Positions 23,486 through 29,843 of a DNA stretch of 31,363 nt are shown one piece after another; position 1 is the first letter of the stretch, and every line of letters begins with the position of its first letter. The translations under genes and the position numbers were made by a program. Source of the DNA: a virus. Below the pieces are notes generated by a model that was given only the letters and a program-made list of their open reading frames with translations, was not told where the DNA came from and made no database searches. The stretch is taken from the IMG/VR virus record IMGVR_UViG_3300045988_116134, positions 1 through 31,363 of that record; one strand, given 5' to 3'.

Positions 23486-25170
23486 TAACTTGCTTTCCTT
23501 TCTTTTTTGAGATTTTTACTGTTGTGAATAAATTCTAAAAATTCATCCATAAATTTTTTGACTTCTGCCGGTGCTGAAGCATTGTTTTTTGCTCGGCACT
23601 GTATCAATTCATCGTTAAGTGAGATTTCAACGGTGCAGTAAGCCTTGTCCGGCTCTGCCACCTTTCTCACTACTAGTAAGATTGTTTTTCCTTTGAGGTA
23701 TTTTTCACAATAATTTGTGTAAACGCAATTATTTTGTTGTTGGGCTTCCTCATACACTTCATCAATTGAGACAAGCGGACGAATAATAAGTCCTTTACTG
23801 CTGTAAGTGTATTTCTTCTTGTACTTCTTAAGCAATTTGTTAAACTTGCTTAGTTTCTGTTCTAACTTTGCTTTTCTTTCTTCGTCCTCTTTTTGTTGAA
23901 GCATTTGGACTGCACTATCGTGAGCAGTTTTAAAATTTGAAGGAAATAGGGTGTTTTCGTTATCTTTGTCAATATTCAATCTATCTAGTAGTATTAGATA
24001 GTCGTTATAATCACGAAAAGTTTCTAAATTTTGTTGCTTGAAGTATTTAACAATCTTATGATAGCTACGATACTTATGTAGCAAGTCAAGTTGTTTTTGA
24101 TGATAGATAATATCTGTGCTTCTGAGGTAGTACGCGTCTGTTACAGATATTTTATTTCTGATAAAGAATAATTCTTCTATGATGGCACTTTGGGTTCTTG
24201 CAAGTGGGTTGGGAATTTTCTTTTTGATTTTTCTTAATTCTGCTTTGTTACATTTGAAAACTTCCGCTACTGTTGATTTTCTGAAATTGAAAATTCCGCC
24301 TTTGAATTTAGAACTATAATAGTGAGAATATCCATTCTTGAAGTTTACAAACTGTCTAACTACCATTTCGAAGCCTTCAAGCAATAATTTCTCCAGTACC
24401 GGATATTTGTTACTGTAATATAAAAACAAGACAAGCAACTTGTCTTCATCACAAACACCCGGCTCAAAATTTCTGTATTTGTCTAACTTTGAATATTTTA
24501 AACTAGTGTTTTTTAAGTTACTATCATTAAAATAGAAATAGTGAGTAGGCTTGTCTCTATAATGGCCAAAGAGGTCATAGCGGCTCATTTTTGGTTCTCT
24601 GATTTTGTCAACTTGATAAAAATAGTGCTTTGAATTGTTAACATTATCAAAACTACAGTACCGGCTATCAGGATATTCACCCCAATAAGGCTCATAACAG
24701 TAAGCACGCCCTAATATGAGGCTTTCACCATTTCTCAAGAAGACTCTCTTATCTTCTGAATAAGTAATTCTTGGTTCATTTGATGTAGGAATGTCATAAT
24801 CGATACATATATAAAAACTACGAATGAAAGCACCACCGGCTTTGCTCTGTAGAATTACTATGTATCCGTTCTGCTCAAGCGTTTTTCTGCCTCGCCAGGC
24901 ATCATATTTCTTGACTTGCTTGTAGCAAGAAGGGCACATTCTCACATCTCTGTGCTTCCGTTCTGCGACAAGTTCAATTTTGTGATTATATTCGTTGTCA
25001 ACAAGTCTTCCTGTCTGTTTTTTGTAATACTTTTTACAGGCGGTACAGTAAAAACCATTCTTGTCTGCGAAAGCATAGTTGTTACACAGCTCTTTCTTTA
25101 TATCTTCCTCAAAAGTTCGAGGTAATACAGGTGGGTTGTGCATTACCATCTCAATAGTTCTCTTGTTCAT
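23485..25170 (-). CDS. PcfJ-like domain protein with an N-terminal zinc-finger-like region
   Basis: The C-terminus QQNNCVYTNYCEKYLKGKTILLVVRK...AYCTVEI...IQCRAKNN fits my memory of the PcfJ domain. The N-terminus has CTACKK...CPSC. Confidence 0.5.
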   Translation of the reverse strand: MNKRTIEMVMHNPPVLPRTFEEDIKKELCNNYAFADKNGFYCTACKKYYKKQTGRLVDNEYNHKIELVAERKHRDVRMCPSCYKQVKKYDAWRGRKTLEQNGYIVILQSKAGGAFIRSFYICIDYDIPTSNEPRITYSEDKRVFLRNGESLILGRAYCYEPYWGEYPDSRYCSFDNVNNSKHYFYQVDKIREPKMSRYDLFGHYRDKPTHYFYFNDSNLKNTSLKYSKLDKYRNFEPGVCDEDKLLVLFLYYSNKYPVLEKLLLEGFEMVVRQFVNFKNGYSHYYSSKFKGGIFNFRKSTVAEVFKCNKAELRKIKKKIPNPLARTQSAIIEELFFIRNKISVTDAYYLRSTDIIYHQKQLDLLHKYRSYHKIVKYFKQQNLETFRDYNDYLILLDRLNIDKDNENTLFPSNFKTAHDSAVQMLQQKEDEERKAKLEQKLSKFNKLLKKYKKKYTYSSKGLIIRPLVSIDEVYEEAQQQNNCVYTNYCEKYLKGKTILLVVRKVAEPDKAYCTVEISLNDELIQCRAKNNASAPAEVKKFMDEFLEFIHNSKNLKKERKAS

Positions 25171-25191
25171 TTTCTTTAACCTCCGAAAAAA

Positions 25192-25563
25192 TTAAAGAAA
25201 ATCAAGAAGGTTAACTGGTCCTTGTTGGCCCGGCTCTTCTTTTGGTTCTTCAACCGGTACAGTAGCTTGAGTTTCTACTACTTCATCAGTAACAAATTCG
25301 TAGAATTTCTTGACCCAATTCCATACGGTTCTATCTTCAATCATCGCGTAGCCGTTTTTGGCTTGTTTCTTTGCTTTACTTCTGACACTGCTGATACAAT
25401 CAGATAGTGTCTTGTTCATTACCTTTTCAGCGTTTTCTGCACTGGTAATGTAGTTATCTATGATATAGCTAGCAATTCTTACTGCTGTATCGTCTTTCAT
25501 TCTGTCAGCTTCTGTATCAATCTTGTTGATAGCCTTCTGTATGATTTCATTTTCCGTGCTCAT
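25192..25563 (-). CDS. PcfK-like family protein (the family that includes the Cas9 inhibitor AcrIIA9)
   Basis: IASYIIDNY...KTLSDCISSVRSKAKKQAKNGYAMIEDRTVWNWVKKFY fits the family pattern as I recall it. It lies adjacent to a PcfJ-like gene, as in pCF10-type elements. Confidence 0.45.
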   Translation of the reverse strand: MSTENEIIQKAINKIDTEADRMKDDTAVRIASYIIDNYITSAENAEKVMNKTLSDCISSVRSKAKKQAKNGYAMIEDRTVWNWVKKFYEFVTDEVVETQATVPVEEPKEEPGQQGPVNLLDFL

Positions 25564-25573
25564 AGTTTCTTCC

Positions 25574-25825
25574 TTATTCTTTAATGATTTTCTTTGTTAT
25601 TAGATAATTAACTGTCAACTCTTCAAACTTTTCTCGTTCCTCATCAGAGATGGGGTAACGAGTAGCCAGTCCATTTTTAAACTTGTACCGCTCATATATT
25701 TTTCTTATATATGAGTTGTTCAAATTCAGTTGATACCCATACGGGTTATCAGTTAAAAAAATAGGACAACCTTTGCAAGTAACATCGATATTCTTCTGTA
25801 CGATTTTATCTATATTACTTGACAT
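25574..25825 (-). CDS. Hypothetical protein, 83 aa
   Basis: ORF with an AAAGGA SD. I recognise no family. Confidence 0.5.
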   Translation of the reverse strand: MSSNIDKIVQKNIDVTCKGCPIFLTDNPYGYQLNLNNSYIRKIYERYKFKNGLATRYPISDEEREKFEELTVNYLITKKIIKE

Positions 25826-25872
25826 TCGGCTATCCTTTCTTTATAATTTAAGTGACGGTTAATAAACCGCTC

Positions 25873-25890
25873 ACTTTTTTATTTTTGAGT
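25873..25890 (-). promoter_or_regulatory. 18-mer ACTCAAAAATAAAAAAGT, second copy
   Basis: Exact copy of 22224..22241, upstream of the 83-aa gene and flanked by hairpins. Confidence 0.5.
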
Positions 25891-25923
25891 GTGAGGACTA
25901 TCAAATAATTTTGGTGGTCCTCA

Positions 25924-26235
25924 TTATTTTTTTGCAATCAACTGCAAAAACACACTATTCTTAATGTTAGTATCTTCTTGTAGTTTGATTCCAAAAATCT
26001 TCTCAAATGCTTCTTTGTTGCTCTTGACTTGCAATCTTGCTACGCAGTATCTGATAGCATTTCTCACTGCCTGCCAAGTTCTAACTTTGTATTTGCGCTG
26101 AATTTCCTTGTACAAACCTTCCATAGGCTTGTGCGGGTGTTCATGCAAGATGTTAACAGCTTCAAGTATGTATCCGTACCCCTTGAAATTCGGAGTTATT
26201 CCGATACTACACAATATCTTTTCTGTTTCATTCAT
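25924..26235 (-). CDS. Stand-alone Spo0A C-terminal (Spo0A_C) DNA-binding domain protein, 103 aa, no receiver domain
   Basis: Aligns by eye to B. subtilis Spo0A residues ~160-260: IGITPNFKGYGYILEAV vs IGVPAHIKGYLYLREAI; AVRNAIRYCV vs VERAIRHAIE; KIFG vs SLFG; NSVFLQLIAKK vs NSEFIAMVADKL. The ATG at 26235 follows a GGAGAA SD. Confidence 0.85.
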   Translation of the reverse strand: MNETEKILCSIGITPNFKGYGYILEAVNILHEHPHKPMEGLYKEIQRKYKVRTWQAVRNAIRYCVARLQVKSNKEAFEKIFGIKLQEDTNIKNSVFLQLIAKK

Positions 26236-26518
26236 TTTTCTGTTCTCCGTATATTTGTAATGCATTTTCATATGATTCTTCAATTATTTTGAGCATATCG
26301 CTTGCACTAAATTTTTGACAAAAAGTCAAAAATAACTGAGTCGTTAGTCCAACAAGTTCGTTCTTAGTTCCAAACATTGACGTAGCACAGAACATTTGCT
26401 CTGCGTTGTCGTCGAGAATTCCTGTAACTAGCACGAAAGAGTCATTCTTATTCCTTATTGACTTGTCGACTTCTTCGTGTATTACTTTGTGTTTTAATTC
26501 ATCCATTGTGTTTATCAT
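26228..26518 (-). CDS. Hypothetical protein, 96 aa
   Basis: The ORF's stop overlaps the next start by 8 nt. Confidence 0.5.
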   Translation of the reverse strand: MINTMDELKHKVIHEEVDKSIRNKNDSFVLVTGILDDNAEQMFCATSMFGTKNELVGLTTQLFLTFCQKFSASDMLKIIEESYENALQIYGEQKNE

Positions 26519-26556
26519 CCTTTCTTTGATTTTCTTCTAGTTGTCTGTCTTTATTT

Positions 26557-26874
26557 TCATACATTTTTAATTTCCTCACCTTCAACTTTATGTTCCAACT
26601 CTTCAGCTTCCTTGCCGGTGGCTTCATAGACGCACTTGTCACAAAACTGGTTTTTTGTGATTGCGTAATCGTACTTGTTATAAGAGCTTTTAAACTCTCT
26701 AACATAATCTTTCACCATCTTCGGTACTGTATAAGTTAGCAGGATATACAGTGCCGGAAGTAAGAAGATACCGCCGTACTTAGTGTTAATGCTTATATGA
26801 CAGCTAAGACTTATAACTACTATCGCCATCATTAACAGTAAAAAGCCTATTAGCTTAATCTTTTGCTTCTTCAT
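26557..26874 (-). CDS. Small membrane protein (2 predicted TM helices)
   Basis: LIGFLLLMMAIVVISL and IFLLPALYILLTY are hydrophobic segments. Confidence 0.55.
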   Translation of the reverse strand: MKKQKIKLIGFLLLMMAIVVISLSCHISINTKYGGIFLLPALYILLTYTVPKMVKDYVREFKSSYNKYDYAITKNQFCDKCVYEATGKEAEELEHKVEGEEIKNV

Positions 26875-27229
26875 TTTCTTGTACCTCTGCCACTTCTAAG
26901 ATGTCCTTGAATTCAAGAGTTCCATCTTCAAGTTGCTTTTTATAATTGAGATTGACGATTTCATTCTCAAGCTCATCAATCTTAGTCTTGTAGGTATCTT
27001 CAACTATCTTAATATCGTTTTGGGCTGCATTAAGTTGCTTTGACAAGTTAATGTTTTCTTGGCAAAGTTTTAAATTTTCTTCAGCGAACTTTTGTTTGCC
27101 TTCTACAATATCAAGAAGATACTTATCATATATCTTCCTGATTTGGGCTTCCTTGTCCCACTGTGATGTTACTATCACTACAATGATTAACAGTATCATC
27201 ATTACTACTATTCCTAACGTGTTCAACAT
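26855..27229 (-). CDS. Single-pass membrane protein with a coiled-coil domain
   Basis: Starts MLNTLGIVVMMILLIIVVIV after an AAAGGAAG SD, followed by heptad-like E/K/L-rich sequence. Confidence 0.55.
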   Translation of the reverse strand: MLNTLGIVVMMILLIIVVIVTSQWDKEAQIRKIYDKYLLDIVEGKQKFAEENLKLCQENINLSKQLNAAQNDIKIVEDTYKTKIDELENEIVNLNYKKQLEDGTLEFKDILEVAEVQENEEAKD

Positions 27230-27334
27230 AATCTTCCTTTCTTTGCGAGTAGTAACTGCAAGCAATGCCTCTGTCTCGGCTCTGACAGTAGATGTGCCTA
27301 CACTTACTGCAATTACCAGTTCCTTTTATCTTCA

Positions 27335-27523
27335 TCATTTTATTTCGATTCTTTCCACGCTTGATAAAGATAAGATAATCGTTCCTCTAGTGCGAGATAT
27401 TACATAAGTTTTATCGTTTATGTATATTTTTTGAACATTATCGGTGTACTCTGTTGGTTTTTCGAAATATACAACAGCTATTTGTGTTGGCTGATCGTTT
27501 TCGACGCAATCTACTCTATTCAC
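27335..27523 (-). CDS. Hypothetical protein, 62 aa (GTG start)
   Basis: AAGGAGGAAG SD lies 8 nt upstream. GTGA overlap with the preceding small ORF. Confidence 0.5.
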   Translation of the reverse strand: MNRVDCVENDQPTQIAVVYFEKPTEYTDNVQKIYINDKTYVISRTRGTIILSLSSVERIEIK

Positions 27524-27669
27524 TTTTTCACTTCCTCCTTTCTTAACATTGCCTCTAACAAGACTTTTGCTAGGTTTTCAGTTTGCTTTTTATCAAGTTT
27601 CACTGCTGAAGGTTCTTGCACTGTTACAAACTGACCGTCAGCAGTTCTCTTTGCAATCAAAGGTTGCAT
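27520..27669 (-). CDS. Hypothetical 49-aa protein (below the ORF-track size cutoff)
   Basis: Hand translation gives MQPLIAKRTADGQFVTVQEPSAVKLDKKQTENLAKVLLEAMLRKEEVKK. There is a GGAGGTGAG SD, and the stop is coupled to the next start. Confidence 0.5.
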   Translation of the reverse strand: MQPLIAKRTADGQFVTVQEPSAVKLDKKQTENLAKVLLEAMLRKEEVKK

Positions 27670-27684
27670 TATCTCACCTCCTGA

Positions 27685-27834
27685 TTAAGAAGCCTTTGGT
27701 GGCTCTTGTTCTGTGCTTTCTGCCTTAGCTGATTCCAGTCCGGCAATAAAGCCAAGAATGTACTGAAGATTGTTTTCCGGAATTTGAACTAGTTTTTCAA
27801 CCATTTTTTCAGCATTTTCTTTTTTTGTAGTCAT
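27685..27834 (-). CDS. First early-operon protein, 49 aa (Cro position, no obvious HTH)
   Basis: The ATG at 27834 follows a GAAAGGAG SD. The longer ORF-track start would run through the operator palindrome. Confidence 0.5.
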   Translation of the reverse strand: MTTKKENAEKMVEKLVQIPENNLQYILGFIAGLESAKAESTEQEPPKAS

Positions 27835-27852
27835 AATAAATACTCCTTTCAC

Positions 27853-27871
27853 AAAGGATTTGTAATCCTTT
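27853..27871. promoter_or_regulatory. Palindrome AAAGGATT-TGT-AATCCTTT in the early leader (candidate operator)
   Basis: Perfect 8-bp arms, located between the leftward -10 element and the first SD. Confidence 0.5.
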
Positions 27872-27884
27872 CTCAACTGATTTT

Positions 27885-27913
27885 ATTATATATCATTGTA
27901 AATCATTTGTCAA
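27885..27913 (-). promoter_or_regulatory. Early lytic promoter (leftward), full consensus
   Basis: The minus strand reads TTGACA - 17 nt - TATAAT. Confidence 0.75.
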
Positions 27914-27946
27914 CGGATTTTTGCAAAAAAATTAAATAAAAATGCG

Positions 27947-27975
27947 TTGACAACTGATTTTATATATAGTATAAT
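27947..27975 (+). promoter_or_regulatory. Repressor promoter (rightward), full consensus
   Basis: TTGACA (27947-27952) - 17 nt - TATAAT (27970-27975), then an AAGGAGGTGAG SD and the ATG at 27997. Confidence 0.75.
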
Positions 27976-27996
27976 GATATTAAAGGAGGTGAGATA

Positions 27997-28362
27997 ATGA
28001 CTACTGCTGATAAAATTAGAAGAGTGCGAAAACATTTCAAACTTTCTCAAACAGAGTTCGGCGAGAAGCTCGGTGTATCTGTTAACTTTATTGGTAATCT
28101 TGAACAAGGCAGAACAGAATTAAAGCCTTTAACGGCTCAGCTAATAAGTAGAGTTTTCGACGTCAATCCTTTATGGCTGGAAACCGGTGAGGGCGAAATG
28201 CTTATTGAGACTGATAGAGTTATTACTGATGAACTGTCGAAAAAATACAAATTGACGAACTTACAAGAAAAAGTTTTACTTAAGTATCTAAATTTAGATA
28301 CTAAACAAAGAGAAATAGTTGCTCAAGCAGTAGAGTTGTTGGCCAACGATTCTAAAGACTAA
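27997..28362 (+). CDS. CI-like XRE-family repressor, 121 aa, no S24 peptidase domain
   Basis: KLSQTEFGEKLGVSVNFIGNLEQGR is an HTH. The gene is divergent from the early operon. Confidence 0.85.
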   Translation: MTTADKIRRVRKHFKLSQTEFGEKLGVSVNFIGNLEQGRTELKPLTAQLISRVFDVNPLWLETGEGEMLIETDRVITDELSKKYKLTNLQEKVLLKYLNLDTKQREIVAQAVELLANDSKD

Positions 28363-28370
28363 AAGAAAAA

Positions 28371-28408
28371 TGGGAAGGACAAATTTGTCCTTCCCATTTT
28401 GTTATTTT
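28371..28408. terminator. Bidirectional terminator after the repressor gene
   Basis: TGGGAAGGACAAA/TTTGTCCTTCCCA is a 13-bp palindromic stem. A T-rich run lies downstream and an A-rich run upstream. Confidence 0.8.
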
Positions 28409-28418
28409 TATAATGCTT

Positions 28419-28544
28419 TCATTCTCTGTAAATCATCACTATGTACTTGTATATGCGTTCGAGTTGAGAAACTTTCGCAACTTTTGCGACAATCTTAATA
28501 AGTTCAACGATGTTTTTAACGAGTTTTGTCTTTTTGCCAAGCAT
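28419..28544 (-). CDS. Unannotated 41-aa basic amphipathic peptide gene
   Basis: Hand translation gives MLGKKTKLVKNIVELIKIVAKVAKVSQLERIYKYIVMIYRE. A GGAGGT SD lies 7 nt upstream. The gene has its own promoter and ends at the bidirectional terminator. Confidence 0.5.
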   Translation of the reverse strand: MLGKKTKLVKNIVELIKIVAKVAKVSQLERIYKYIVMIYRE

Positions 28545-28603
28545 AATAAAAACCTCCGACATAGTTATTTTGTACGGCACAAATGATACTATATCTTGCT
28601 TAG

Positions 28604-28632
28604 ATTATACTTTTGTATTTTCCACAATTCAA
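28604..28632 (-). promoter_or_regulatory. Promoter for the 41-codon gene
   Basis: The minus strand reads TTGAAT - 17 nt - TATAAT. Confidence 0.55.
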
Positions 28633-28773
28633 CAAGTAAATTTTTCCATTTATTTTTAATTCTTTTTGTTTTATTTTGTTTCTTTTTATAGTATAATTAA
28701 ATTAGATATTATATATTAGTGCTTACATATATATAATAAAAAAACTTTTGCGAAATAAAAAGGAGCTTAAAAA

Positions 28774-29805
28774 ATGAAGAAAAAGAAATCAGCATTAAAC
28801 ATTGCAGGGATCATCTGTATATCAATCGGAATTATCGGGCTATTGGGACTATTTACTGAGAACGACAAGTTGAACTTGTTTCTTGGCTCAGCTTTTTTAA
28901 TTGTGCTTGGCTTTATTTTTATTGCAATTAACAAATTTACTCATAAAGACAGTAAAAATAACACATCTAATAACATCAATTTACAAAATCAACAACAAAT
29001 TAATAATAGCATTACTGCTGTACCGATTCAGGAAGAAAAGAAAGAAATCAAGAGCTTTACGCTTGATGAAGCTATTAATGTATATTGTTGTACTGAACAT
29101 AGTAGTTGTCCTGCTGTCTATGACTATAAGCAGTACTTTACTGATGCTTTTAACTGCATTGCGGATCATGTAGCAGAACATAAGACTATATTGAGTAATG
29201 ACAAAGTATTGAGAAAGAAAGAATTACACAATCCAATTGTGAATTATAAGAATATAACTAAAACTACTAACTGTAATAAGATTAAGAATTTTGTTGCAAT
29301 TGACTGCGAAACAACCGGACTCAAGGTTGGAGGCAATGACATCATCGAACTTGCAGCAGTTAAGTTTGTTGATTTTAAACCAACAGAAAAATATCATACA
29401 TATTTAAAGCCAAGAAATCCAATCCCAGCTGATGCAACTGCCATTAACCACATCACCGACGAGATGGTGGCTAATAGTCCGCTTTTTGCACAAGTATGTG
29501 CAGATTTTCAAAATTTTGTGCAAGATTTTGCAATAGTTGCTCACAACGCAGGTTTTGATATGAAGTTTCTTCACGTTAGTGGTCTTGATTTATCAAAACA
29601 CACTGACAAGGTTTATGATACTTATACATTAGCAAAAAACAAAATTAAAGGCTTAGATAGTTATAAGCTATCTAGCTTGTGTGAGGAGCAGAACATACAA
29701 TGTAGTAACTATCATACTGCACTTGCTGATGCACTAGCGTGTGGAATACTCTTTGTCGATATTATTAAGATTGTCAAAGAAGTTAAAAATGTAGAAGAAT
29801 TATAA
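28774..29805 (+). CDS. Membrane-anchored DEDDh (DnaQ-like) 3'-5' exonuclease, 343 aa
   Basis: Two N-terminal TM helices (IAGIICISIGIIGLLGLF, LGSAFLIVLGFIFIAI). ExoI is AIDCETTGL, ExoII is VAHNAGFDMKFL, and ExoIII is YHTALADA (H-x4-D). Confidence 0.8.
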   Translation: MKKKKSALNIAGIICISIGIIGLLGLFTENDKLNLFLGSAFLIVLGFIFIAINKFTHKDSKNNTSNNINLQNQQQINNSITAVPIQEEKKEIKSFTLDEAINVYCCTEHSSCPAVYDYKQYFTDAFNCIADHVAEHKTILSNDKVLRKKELHNPIVNYKNITKTTNCNKIKNFVAIDCETTGLKVGGNDIIELAAVKFVDFKPTEKYHTYLKPRNPIPADATAINHITDEMVANSPLFAQVCADFQNFVQDFAIVAHNAGFDMKFLHVSGLDLSKHTDKVYDTYTLAKNKIKGLDSYKLSSLCEEQNIQCSNYHTALADALACGILFVDIIKIVKEVKNVEEL

Positions 29806-29816
29806 ACGTTAAAAAT

Positions 29817-29834
29817 ACTCAAAAATAAAAAGGT
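29817..29834 (+). promoter_or_regulatory. 18-mer variant ACTCAAAAATAAAAAGGT upstream of the integrase
   Basis: 17/18 match to the minus-strand copies, in sense orientation relative to the downstream gene. Confidence 0.45.
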
Positions 29835-29843
29835 GAATTAAAA

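Noticed and set aside
13608-25407. Plus-strand or alternative-frame ORFs inside the head, packaging and replication genes (13608..13835, 14439..14843, 15175..15387, 15318..15629, 15557..15778, 15800..16111, 17211..17426, 18063..18365, 18651..18971, 19538..19846, 20755..21024, 21294..21515, 21776..22009, 22333..22572, 22797..23168, 24916..25125, 25222..25407).
   Set aside because: Each is embedded in a better-supported gene on the other strand or frame. None has recognisable motifs or translation signals.
25891-25923. Hairpin TGAGGAC...GTCCTCA with a T-run after the Spo0A_C-like gene, considered as its terminator.
   Set aside because: The T-run follows the hairpin only on the plus strand, and on the coding (minus) strand no U-tract follows. 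It is therefore not a convincing terminator for the early operon. I kept it only as context for the 18-mer observation.
26499-26705. 68-aa ORF overlapping both the 105-aa membrane protein gene and the 96-aa gene.
   Set aside because: It overlaps two better-supported genes and has no SD. Its frame is not needed to explain any gap.
27910-28107. 65-aa minus-strand ORF spanning the switch region and the 5' end of the repressor gene.
   Set aside because: It would start inside the repressor coding sequence and run through both promoters. It has no SD and a hydrophobic, low-complexity translation.
18541-28245. Isolated TGTCGAA (0A-box-like) heptamers, for example near 18543 and 28234.
   Set aside because: They are single occurrences inside coding sequence, as expected by chance in 31 kb. 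They give no support for a Spo0A-type regulon on the phage without a statistical scan.
28560-28773. AT-rich intergenic region considered as attP for the serine integrase.
   Set aside because: I could not identify a convincing imperfect inverted repeat around a central dinucleotide by eye. The attP location cannot be assigned without the host attB or junction reads.
28901-29181. ORFs 28901..29173 (+) and 28981..29181 (-) inside the exonuclease gene.
   Set aside because: They are alternative-frame or antisense ORFs within the AT-rich linker of a gene that has clear TM and DEDDh motifs.
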